From Enoplolaimus lenunculus (taxonomy: Eukaryota): 64,000 nucleotides of DNA. Position 1 is the stretch's first letter. Each line of letters begins with the position of its first letter. Positions 13,740 through 25,287 of this stretch are shown here, in pieces. The position numbers were made by a program, and so were the translations under genes. The notes under the pieces were generated by a model. It saw only the letters and a program-made list of their open reading frames with translations. It was not told the origin of the DNA and ran no database searches. The DNA lies in the NCBI GenBank assembly GCA_030248215.1, contig JASANG010004131.1:248001-312000 (forward strand), given 5' to 3'.

Positions 13740-14001
13740 CACCGTCTCACATTGAGTTACCTATAGGCAACTTGGCGCACTGTATATACGCCAAATAATA
13801 TATATCGCACAGTGTTTAACAATTGCAACACGTATATTAGTACTAAATCACCACAAGAAGTGACAGCCCCCTCATGCTCGAGCGTCATGCTCCTATAGCT
13901 CAGTGGTGATGGTATACGCCTCCCACTCCAGTCACTGGAGTTCGAATTCTAGCATAAAAGTATGTCTCAGGGGAAATAGAAAATGTTCATGTGATAAAGA
14001 G
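13740..14001 (+). mobile_element. piggyBac-like MITE with internal tRNA-like cassette (copy 1)
   Basis: TTAA on both sides; ends CACCGTCTCACAT and ATGTGATAAAGAG; internal A box TAGCTCAGTGG and B box GAGTTCGAATTC; homologous to 26608-26816. Confidence 0.75.
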
Positions 14002-16377
14002 TTAAGCGTTTTCCTAAGCCGAAGCCTACGCCTAAGCATAAGTGTGGGGGAAGCTGATTATTTGGTGGTTATCTGATTACAACTCAGTCAAGTGATTGTA
14101 AAATGTAACTCAGTAAATGGCCCGTGTTTCAATTGCGCGGAGCCCATGCTACCAGCTGGTGACAGGTCTTATACCTTCCAAACCGTTGAATAATAAGCGT
14201 TCCAAATTCAGTGCATTATTCGCATTTGATTTGTTCTACTTCTGTTGCTATTTTGAGAACGGCAATAGCAGGAATTTGTCAGTTTAAAACCTAGTGCAAA
14301 CTGGCAACATGCGCCATATACACATTTGAGAATATGGGCCCAGGTAGAAAGGTACCGATTACAGATCCATACCATAAAACTACACGCGACTGAAACAGTA
14401 CTCTACGCGGGCTAGCCAGTGAATGTAACTGAAATAAAGAAAAATGAATCCCAGCAACACTTAACTGCGGTCACAAGTGCGAATCAAATTCAATACCATG
14501 AATTTCAGTGAATTATTTGTAGCTGCGAGACTTCAATGCTGTTTTGTGACCATACTTGAGCGCGAAATCTGTACGTTCAAGTTTTTGTTGCAAAAAGTTG
14601 CACGTGTGAATAGGGCTTAAATTTAAACCATGGTTATCTTAAATTGTTTCGTCAATGTAGCGTCACGGTTTGGTTAAATTCTGCCGTATATATAAATATA
14701 CAATCAAAATTAAAATTGAACCGAAAGTTGGCACTTAAATTCGCCTGTCAGCAATTTACACAAAATTTTGAGCGGCGAAAACCCTAAATTGCAAACCGCT
14801 TTGCAAACCGCTTCAACAATATGAGCCAATGTAAAGACCACGAGCAGAACAGTATTATAAACATATTCCTTAGCCTAATGCTAAGCCTAAGCTTAAGCCT
14901 AAGCGTAAGAATGAGTTTATTCCTAAGCCTGATGTGAAATTTTTTCTCGAAACTCTAAAAATACATCAAGTAAATTGCCATAAATAAACAATGGTACCGG
15001 ACCGAAAATATGCGAAATATACAATTATTTTTTAGATCGTACATTTTTGCGGCTCCTGCAAAACATCCAATAGGGGTCATAGTTTGATCACGCAACAAAA
15101 CAATAAAACTGTATGAAACATTACCAGTTTTTATTATGATAATAAACCTCCCCATGTGTCATATTTTGACACATTGCCCTCGCTAAAACGTATCACGCCC
15201 TCTGTTGTTTTCATGAAACTACGTTTCGTATTACTATTTTTGAGGCTAAGTTTTAACTCTAGTACATAAAAACAATAAGTATTCTCGCAGTGGCGGATCC
15301 AGAAATTTCTGACGGAAGTGCGGGCTGGCAAAAGTTAATATGAAGTTCAATTTTTACTGTATATATGCTGTTTATGTTGCCAATTTTCTGAGGGTGAACA
15401 CTTGTAAGATAAAGAGGCCCCTTGCTATTTTATTACAAAAAATTTTCTGACAGGGGTGAGTACGCCCACCCTAAGGGTCGGAAACTGGGTGTTCGGAACG
15501 ATGCAGTTGCCATTTGAGACAGATATTCTGATCATATTCATTATACATATCAAGAACGAAATGCAAACTAATATTGAATGGTTTATAATGACTCAGGATT
15601 TGAGCAAATGCCTACCGGAATAATATAAATTTTTAGCTTATTTAAGATGGCTCAACGCATGTTTGTACCAAGACCTTCAAATGTGTAAAACCATAGAAAT
15701 CGATAACGTAAGATTTGCCTGTACCATGTTAAAAACCAAAAATATTGCTTTTCGTAGTCTCGCTCAATCAATTTTAATTTCTCGGCACGCTCCGCTTAAA
15801 ATAGCTTCAAAGTATTCGGTAAGACGTTTATTTTTACTTGCTATTAAACACTGGAAAAGAATTTAGCTATTTTTTAGCCTTAAAAATATATATCCCCTTC
15901 GATGAATACTGGAATCGTTTGTTTAGTGTCGCTTTGTCTATTAATATCACCTCAAGCGCTATCATTAAATTAAAATATCTTGTTTCCGTTGAACAACTCA
16001 CAATACACGACAAGTAAAGTATGTCACATCATGGTACATCAATGAACCCACAACTCTATGCTCAGTGTCTACTATAGAAAGTATTTTACAACTTCTTTTA
16101 ATACACAAAGTTGACCATCATTATAGTGCAGAAACATGAGTGTCGTGATAACAAGAAAACCTTTCATCGCAACGGCAGAGTCCGGCGTCTTTTGTAAAAC
16201 GCCCTCGCTCGTTTTGGTAATACGTCAAAAAATTTGTCAAAGTAAACTCAAAGCTACGGTGAGGGCTAGTATTGCAATTATCAAATAATTTATATACATA
16301 TTACAAGCACAATTATGTTGATGAGTAAAAGTTAGCATTGGCGTGAGCGTAAAAAGTTAATTATTATTTAAGTGTAA

Positions 16378-16378
<1 letters not shown>

Positions 16379-16419
<41 letters not shown>
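16379..16419. repeat. (ATT)n microsatellite
   Basis: About 13 tandem TTA/ATT units. Confidence 0.95.
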
Positions 16420-17378
16420 CGTATTATTTAAGCTTTAGATGAATGTTTTTGGTTAAGCTTAGGCTTAGGCTTAGGCTTGGTGATATGCTGATTCTTACAC
16501 TTTAAGCTTAGGCTTAGGTTTAGGAATATGCTTATACTACTGTTCCGGCCCTGTTCTATACATCTGCCGACAATTCCAACACCACGAGCGCCGTTGCAGT
16601 TTGAGTGATATGAAAACATTGCCGGCGAGTTTCTGTTCCGTCAGAATTTGGTTATAAAGAGTAGGCACGGAAAAACACTAAAATATTGCGTCTAATGACA
16701 TAATTGGCAAATCGTTAACGATATGGATCAATAATGCCCTTAGTTACAACGGATATAAATTTAAATCGGGGGGCTCTCTCCTGACCCTGAACCTTCTTTA
16801 CGGTACACCCCTGTTGTCGATCATTTACTTATAGTCTAATATACGTTCCAAAGACAGCCATAACCAGTTAAATAAACTTTTCATGACGGATGAAAACTTT
16901 AATGGCCCGACTATTAGAGCGACAGCTTTTAACTGCCGACGTCCACAAAATATAAGAGTGGGGGGTGCTGTCCTCCGTACTGATCCTTGGTTTCCCCTTT
17001 GCCAAAATGTATTTGTAACGTTAAAATAATTTTACGTTGAAAAAAGTTTTTTCTTGCCCCCCCCCAAGAAGCGCGTTCTTGCCCGCTGCGCCACTTATTT
17101 CTAGTGACAAGGTTGCGCGTCGGCGAACGCCGTACTGTTCTATCGAAAATCATTCGTTGAGTTTCAAGACAATTCACATCTGTGTGCACGCGGTGCTTGC
17201 ATGTACGAGTGATGCTCTGACCATTATTCCTATTGTATTTTCGCGTGTGATCGGTATTGTACAGCGGGCACCAAACGGCTATGGATGAACGTGTAAAGTT
17301 TTAAAATTGGCCGAACTATCGTGTGTGATTTAGATAAAATTCTATAGAAAACTGATAGTCCAGTATTATACCCGCAAC

Positions 17379-17826
17379 CAGAGCGGGACATTACCCGCGG
17401 GTAAACGTGGGTCTGGTAAACAATTTCAGGCGCGGGTATACCTGCGGGTACAGAATTTTATCACGCGGCTAAAAAATTCACAGTTGTTATGCGCGGCTAA
17501 CTTTTAAGTTTTAAGATGGAAAACCTACGCTATTGTCTGTTTTATTTCTCGTCAAATGCAGTTTGTTGTGTAATATTTAGCAGGATTTGAAATTTTGTTG
17601 TTTCTAGTAAAATTTCAATTGTAAAATTCATTGAAACTATATCGCAAAACTTTATTAAAGCGCGAATCACCAGCGATTTTTAAAATACTGGTTTGACTTC
17701 AGGCGCGGGTAGAAGGTGGGTCGTTGGTAGATCTTATTCGCGCGGGTAAACCAGTGGGCAAAATATCTTATTTGCATGGGTAAAGTGCGGGTGGGGTAAA
17801 AAAATCCTTGCCGACTTCCCACAGTG
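17379..17826 (+). mobile_element. hAT-like MITE with CGCGGGTA repeats
   Basis: Ends CAGAGCGGGA and TCCCACAGTG; 8-bp TSD CCCGCAAC/CCCACAAC; inverted copy at 20383-20805 and a partial copy at ~24773-25035. Confidence 0.8.
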
Positions 17827-17850
17827 CCCACAACACACCAGTTAAGGGTA

Positions 17851-18049
17851 CACTGTAAAAAATGGGGAGTCAAATTGACTCTCTCGAAAACAGGCTTTTC
17901 CAGACTGCGACAACTGAGACAAATTTGACTCCGCCAGAGTCAACAGTATATCGAATTTGACTCTGGCGGAGTCAAATTTGACACAGTTTGTAAAGTCAGG
18001 AGAAGCCTGTTTCCGAGAGAGTCAATTTGACTCCCCATTTTTTACAGTG
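17851..18049. mobile_element. CACTG-terminated palindromic MITE (CACTA/EnSpm-like)
   Basis: Near-perfect 199-bp palindrome CACTGTAAAAAATGGGGAGTCAAATTGACTC..GAGTCAATTTGACTCCCCATTTTTTACAGTG, flanked by TA on both sides. Full copy at 37530-37750; half copies at ~530-638 and ~11255-11360. Confidence 0.88.
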
Positions 18050-19047
18050 TAGATTGGTTTTACAAAGACTTTATAGTTTTGAAAACAATATTGTGTGAAA
18101 AATGCTATTTTTATAATTTTCAAATTCGTTGTCAAAATATAATTTTTGAGCCGGCACTGAGTTTTGTCTGATCGCTGTTGTCTATGGATTTCTGTAGTTC
18201 CGGGCGTTTAGAACATAACAATTAATACATAAAATATATATAATTTTGACTGGCTGGGTTAATTGGCGTATAAAACCTGAAATTTCCATTGGTGGCGGCT
18301 GGTGGTGGAAAAACGATAAAAATGTTATTTCTTAAGGTAGAACTATCGGATCGTTAACGATTATATACTACTATAGTGCCACAAAGTGGCAAAAAGTGTT
18401 TATATTCGATGGGATAGAATCCTGTCCGTCCTTACCTTCTCAAAATACTTGCTTAACTCCAACATAATAGTGTTCATTTAATGGAAGCCAACAGTCCCTC
18501 ACAGTGGTTATATTATTACATGGTCACAAGCTTACGCTTAGGCTGAAGTTTTAGGCTTATGCTTATGCTTAATAGACTTAGACCTAGACTTAGATTTAGG
18601 CTTTAGGTTACGTTTATGTTTAGGTTTAGGCTTAGGCTAATGTTAGTTATATGTGAAAAAACTAAACAAATACCCCTTTTCGATACGCCCACGGCTACGC
18701 CCACGCGGTCTTCATACGCCGCAAGTATATAATCCAATCAGGCAACTTTATATTCGTTGTGAACCTCCAAATTTTAGCGTTATTCAACATACCAAACGTG
18801 TGATTCATTTCTATGAAATTCGAAACTATTTATTACTGTACTTACAAACAAAAGCAAACAGTCGCATGGAACGAGGAACTTGGTATATGTGAGCTGGTCC
18901 ATTGTTTTAGAACACAGGTTCAAAAGTTCTGGAATATAACTATGCAGATTTTAAGACTACGCTTCAATGAAACCATTTTGTCCAATTTAAAGCGCACGTC
19001 TATGTTTAAGCCAATACGAATGTATACCTAAGTGTGCTTGTACGGTA

Positions 19048-19484
19048 CTGTAGTGACCCGAATAAGAGGGGGGTAAGAAGGGGTCCCCATTTAGGGTCCG
19101 AATCAATAGGAGTCCGTATCCCTAATAAGAGTCCAGAAGCGGATAGAGTCCCTAAACCGTAATTAGAGTTCATAAATGTTAATTAACCCTAATTGTAGCA
19201 CATAAATAACTCCAGAACCAAATAATTTGAGTTCGAAACTTTAAAGCCTACTTAAATTTTTAAAGTACATTCCTAAGTATAACCCTTTATTATCGCTCAC
19301 ACTATTGAAACGAGACAAATTACGTTTAATTCAACGGATAATTGCAGTAACGGATATATCAGTAACGAAGGCCGGCGGAGCGTGGGTTAAAAATAAATAA
19401 CAGTCCGTAACCGAATAACCGGGGGGGTACCCTCTGGAGAGGCCAAATACATATCAGTCCCCCCTCTTATTCGGGTCAATACAG
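19048..19484 (+). mobile_element. Tc1/mariner-pogo-like MITE
   Basis: TIRs CTGTAGTGACCCGAATAAGAGGGG and CCCCTCTTATTCGGGTCAATACAG, with TA on the left; internal GAGTCC repeats. Further copies or fragments at ~21620-21708, 23914-24075, 27800-27950, 35340-35477, 36165-36186, 42165-42257 and 55415-55800. Confidence 0.82.
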
Positions 19485-20382
19485 TGAATGTGATTAGCAT
19501 TCTGTAAGCTTGACTGCAAGCTTCAGTACAAACGGAAGTCTTATTTGTAAAGTCCATAAAATTCCTTCAGGTATTTGCTATATATACTCAAAAAGCAGGT
19601 TTGCTTCTAATTGAGAGTAGCTGAATTTGTGGCTTGATCATGCCAGAATTTACCAGTCAACCGGTTTTTCGTAACTTGCAAAAGGTTTCAAATCTATAAA
19701 AATCTGAATGCAAATTTTCTTTTCATAGAAAATCAGGTTTATGTTGTAGGAAGTCAGTATAAGCAAAGTAATGTGGAACGTTGTCCGACATGCTTATGTG
19801 GGCATTCCAACTTTAATAATGTAGTCAAACTTAGCTTTTACCAGCTAGTAATATAATAACATCAATACGCTGGGTGGGGTGCAAAAAATTTAACACGGAC
19901 AAGCGTGGATCATATATATGATTAACAAGCAAAACTTAAACTTTTTGTTAGAAGGCTGTGGTTCCAGGTCCGGTTCCCCTACGAGTCAAATTTGCATACA
20001 TTTTTGCTGACTCGTTTTGGAGGTACCCTGAACCTAAAAAACGATCTAAAAGCATATAAGCTTTTTTCGCACTAAAACTCGGTTTGAAAAACGAACCATA
20101 ACGACTTGATGTCAAGTTAAATTAGAGATAACCATTTCAATTGCTTTAATTTTGAAAGTGCCAGTCGGGGCTTTTGATCTGCACGCAGGTAAAAATTTGG
20201 CCGTTTTCTAGGATTTTGCCCTCAACAAAGCATACCATACTAGTCACCACAGGTAATTTATAAAAAAACCGAAAAAACTATTTATTATATCAGGTGTCGA
20301 ACGTGAAAAATACTGATGCCGTAGTGAAGGTCGATTTACTGCTAAAGCTGAAGCTGGCAATCGATAAAGAAGACATCGAAGT

Positions 20383-20805
20383 CGGAGTGAGATGTGAGCA
20401 AGGATTTTTTACCCGAGCCGCGCTTTACCCATGCAAATAACAAGTTGTTTACTCGCGAGAAAGATCGCTGATAATTTGCACATTAATGAACTCTTTTGCG
20501 TTACAGCTCCAATGAATTTTACACATGAAAGCTTACCAGAAACAGCAAAAGTTCAAATCTAACTAAATAAAACACACAACTTCTTTTTTAACGCTGACTG
20601 ACTAGCTTAGTTGATAGTGTACGTTTTGCACCATAATATCTCTTAAAGGTTTGGTGCGGGTAAAAAATGGGAATTTTTTCTTACCCGAGTGATACATATC
20701 TTTATCTGCGAGTTTCCCCGCGGCTGCAATTTTTTAATCGGACTCGTGTTTACCCACGAAAAGCCGCGGATACCCACGGGTACCAGAGGATAAAGTCCCA
20801 CTCTG
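20383..20805 (-). mobile_element. hAT-like MITE, inverted copy of 17379-17826
   Basis: Reverse-complement homology along its length; right end TCCCACTCTG. Confidence 0.72.
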
Positions 20806-22189
20806 ATGTGAATGTACTCTGGTAGCTATTGCCAAATAGCTAATATGTAGAACAGCAATGTTCACACATATATATGATTTTTGCGTTATCATTAATGAAT
20901 CGAAAAGTTTAATATTCGGTCGGAATTAAATAATGTCGATATGAGGTATATCCGAATCATTTAGAGTAAAATTTGGTTAGGCTAAAGTTAATTCTTCAAC
21001 GAACATTATACAATTGCTAATGCGAAAATGAATATATTTATTTTACTAACTCGGTGTTGTAGCAGTTGTATTTTAGCTTTTTCTGCGTTCGTATTTTATT
21101 ACAATATAAAAAATCACGCAAACCAAAACCATTTATAGAACCAGAAAAGCTGCTTTGTTCAAACAAACGTTGAAATATTTTCGACAACCCACACCAATGC
21201 GAGCACACCCGGGTCGACGCGTTTTAGTTTAGATTTTTTGGTGGGGTTTTTTCAGAACAAACGTATATGAAAAGTCGTTTAAAAATGACAACAACCCCAT
21301 CGCTTAATGGTGTCAGCCAGGCTTTTATATTTTTCGTTTGTATAAAAAAATTGACTAATATATGATACTTTGTCCTTTGCTCCTTATGGGGCCCAATGGT
21401 TGTGGTTGAAACCTTTTCACACGCTGGTTACTATAGCATCTAAGGTTTTTGTACCAACGCAACAAAAAATGGCACCATTTGGTGCAATGTGCCATCTGAC
21501 AAACTCACAATGATTGAGTATAGTCCTTCAAACTCATGATACAAACTCTTTTACGCGTAGAGCATGCTATAAGCAACTATGGGGTGTTGGGTCTAACTAC
21601 AACCTGAGGTGAACAAAAAATAAATAACAGTCCGTAACAAATAACAAGGCGTTACCCTCAGAAACGTTTAAAAGCAATCAAATTTGCCCTCTTATCGGGT
21701 CGCTACGGCACACGAAATAATACAATGGAGAGTGTTTAACAATTAGGTGTATGCGCAGCACAAAATATCCACAACACATGAAAAGCACCTCATCAGACTC
21801 CAGCATTCAGCTCTTAAGGTTGAGGAGCAACCTAGAAACCCGTTTCATCTGAATGTTCGGGTTCAAATTCGAGATCAAAATTCTATATCAACTGAAATAA
21901 AAAATATTCATGCGGCAAACAATCAGTTAAACGAACGTAACTCGGTGTCGCTACTATCCCGTTTTATTAAATTCAGTTTGTAGTCCTTAAGGTTTGATGG
22001 TGTGAGTGATTATCTAACGGTTACATAAAAATTTAAAGAGAACGACAACTGTGTGACGCCAAATATAAAGTTGAGCTTATTAATACAGTTGCATTTCAAT
22101 TTAGCTACCGTTTCCGGTAATGCGATTCGTAGTATTTGGCACTCATGATCACTGTTTGTTTAATTCAGGTGACCCGTAGAAGCAGTAGA

Positions 22190-22343
22190 CCAATCAGTGA
22201 CGTAGGACCAGGACGTCTGAGACACTCCGGATACGGCAACAGAAGAAACTGTGATCCTCTGCCTTCGGCTTCGCTTTTTTTGAACCTCGGATTGACTTAC
22301 GGATTGCTACCATTGTGGAAAAGTGATTTTTGAAGAAATTTCG
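22190..22343 (+). promoter_or_regulatory. Putative promoter and non-coding first exon of the MARVEL-like gene
   Basis: CCAAT box at 22190-22194 next to a CRE-like TGACGT at 22198-22203, followed by a strong donor CG|GTAAGA at 22344. The first coding exon has an acceptor (ttttacag, 25278) 9 nt before its ATG. Confidence 0.4.
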
Positions 22344-22844
22344 GTAAGAATAAATGTTTTTTTAAAACTTGAGGCATTTATTTAAAACTTCAGAAATGCT
22401 TTCTGTTTACAAAAAATGCAACGCTTACACATTGGACCAGTTTGTGTTGTCGTTTAACCATTTAAAAAACTGAACAAAAATCATATTGTCAAACGTTTGT
22501 CCTAATCGGTCTCAGTGGAGTAAGGTGTTTTGGATGGGAGGGGGGCGGGGGTGGAATTTACAATCTTAACACCCAAAAGTTCAAGACGGTCACATCAAAC
22601 CTATAACGCTTTGAAGCAAATGATACTTTGTAACCGACACAAAGCGAAACACTTAAACGTGATTTAAGGTTCATCAAAAAATGTGTCAGCATTTTTAAAA
22701 AACTTCAAAAAAACTTTCAAAAAATGTTGCAGAACCGGCTGCAAATTAAATTTAGGTTTAGTTTTTGGAAGTAAACTTAAATTGTTTAAACGGTTGTTCA
22801 ATATATTTAGGAACAAAAGTGGCCCTGTTCCTAAAGTCGCTAAA

Positions 22845-23143
22845 AAGTCCTATTCACACGTGCAAGTTTTTGCAGCAAAAACTTGCGCGTGCCACTTGCA
22901 TGAGCAAGTTTGGTCACAAAGCAGCTGTGAAGTTCGTGCAGCTGCAAATTATTCACTGGAATTAATGCTATTGAATTTATTTCGCACCTGTGAATGCAGT
23001 TGTAAGTCGCTTGAATATCCTGCACCTGCAGTTTGATTGGTCAATCGGAATGTTCGTTTGAAAATACTTGCAGCTGCACGCATTTCGTGCAAATTGCAGC
23101 TGCGTGTTCTGGTTGCAAAAAATTGCACGTATGAATGGGGCTT
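22845..23143. mobile_element. PIF/Harbinger-like palindromic MITE
   Basis: TIRs AAGTCCTATTCACACGTGCAA and TTGCACGTATGAATGGGGCTT; same family as 4864-5145. Confidence 0.75.
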
Positions 23144-25287
23144 TCAGGATGAAACAGTTGAACTGTACCAAGATTAAACATTCCGCCTCTGATCTTTAAT
23201 ACATCAGCCATTGGAAAAGGAAATGGTATTTTACATGAAACATTTTCGTGTATAATTTTGGGACAAAGTATGCAACTTTGAGCCGGTAGCATCAATTCTA
23301 TACATTTTCCAGGCTGAATTCATGATATGTAGTGATTGGTGTTGTTTGAAATGTGGGATTTGATATGGGGAACTTATTTTTGTATGTTATACCATAAATT
23401 TTGTTAACCGAACACGTCTGCCCGTATTCTCTAATGTCTTTAGCATCTACCGTCAGTTGGTGATAGGCCTTGTAACTTTCCAATCGCTGAATGACGCGCT
23501 TCAATCTTCAGCGCATTGTTCAGATATGATTTGTACCTAATCCTGTGCGATGAGTTCAGCAACTGCAATAGTTTTTTGAGTTGAAAAATTTATCCCTAAC
23601 TGGAGATAAGTGCTATACACATTTGAGTATATGGCCCCTCATCTGAACCGCGTAATGAGGTAAATGAAGTCTTGTTGCGCTGTGTTCAATGTATATGTAT
23701 TCTCAAATGAGTGTGTACCTATTACCATTTGATGAAACGATAGGTCTTGTATCTTTCGAACCAGCCAATGATGAGTTTAGCAATGTAACGCATTTTGCGT
23801 ACTGATTTTAATTTGAACTACTATACTAATTTTGACGACGACAAATGCTACAGTTGATAAGTTTTAAAGGCTATCGCTAACTGGTGAAAGATGCTATAAC
23901 ACATTTGAGAAAACTGTAGTGCCCCGAATAAGAAGGGGGATAATAAGAGGGGGTCTCAATTTTGAATACCAATCAACAGGAGTACGTATCCCTAATAAAA
24001 GCCCATAAGCGGATAGAGTCCTTAAACCCTAACTAGAGTCCATAAATGTCAATTGTTCCCAAATTGTAGCACATAAACGACAAGAGTGGCGCAACCAGGA
24101 ACATCTGCCATTGCAACAGGCGTTTCGTTTTTGCCTACCAACTCCAAAATGCAGGGTATGGTACGCCATTTTGGTTCTTTGACACAGCGTCACTATTGAC
24201 CATGTCAAGTTCAGAGGTGGAACATTTTTCTGCGGAACTGCCATAGAGTAAGCTTAAGCTTTAGACATATTTCTTAGCTTGCTTAAATTTAGGCTTACAT
24301 GCTAAACTTAGGCATATGTATAAACTCGTTCTTGCGCTTAAGCTTAGGCTTAGGCTTAGGAATATTCATATAAAACTGTTTCAACCGCGTTTTATACATT
24401 GGCCTACAAATTTAATCAGGAGTTCTCGTGTTCAGTATGCTGTTTCTGTTATATAAAGCTTTTGCATTTATTCCCACTTTACATTCATAATAAATAAATA
24501 TGGTTGTATTTATACAGATGTTAACTGTTTACGAATCAATGATTCTTTCCTAGGTATGTATTTTTGGTTTTTTTATTAGTTTTAGCAATTGATTCTATGT
24601 TAAGCATTCCACGTTCAAAAAAATAAATCACCCCCCTATTTTTAGCGCAATTTGTTTGGCAAAGGTTACTGCTTTTATGGATCCACACAATCGAACCTGT
24701 GAGTCTGAGAAATGACTTGTTTGTCATTTGATCAAGTCTACTAGGCTGCTCTTAGTGTCTACCAGGCTGAATCTGAGTGGAGCTTTGCGCGCAGGCACCC
24801 CCGGGTATACGCGGGTCGGGTAAAAAAGGTTCAATCGCGGCATGAAAATTTTATGCTTTAAAGAGGCAAATCATACGCTATTGTCTGTTTTAATATTTCC
24901 GGTCAGCTGCTGGGCCGGTCTGGTGCTTTATTTAGTTTGGTTTGAATTTTTGTTACTTCTAGTCAACTTTCAAGTGTAAAATTCGTTGAAGCCAAAAGGG
25001 CAAAATTACATTTAAGTGCAAATCACCTGCGATATATGTTACACTACGCCGGTGGCGGTCTAAACTCCGTACTCCGAGCACAAGTTGCTGGAATACGTTT
25101 GTAAATAAATCACTTGTGAGGTTTCGGTTCGTATACCCATGTAAACGTTCTCTATGAGCAATTTTGGTCATTGCAGGCTATTCTAAAGCGTTATTCTTTC
25201 TGTCTTTTATTGCGCAAGACCTTTCTATCGCATTTAGTTTTCTCTGGACGGATACCACTGGTGCTTGCTATTTTACAGGCGAACGTC

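Larger units (their letters stand above)
8626..14290 (-). pseudogene. Candidate decayed multi-exon gene of unknown family
   Basis: Minus-strand blocks bounded by AG and GT at 14175-14290, 12540-12660, 11446-11666, 10008-10047 and 8626-8710 join in phase (..LERLLFNGLEGDEGIFYWDRRLHIVSVMT*CYVPKPGRLQRRIYEQYDVPGYGIDWMEST..) but contain several stops. No recognisable domain. Confidence 0.3.
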
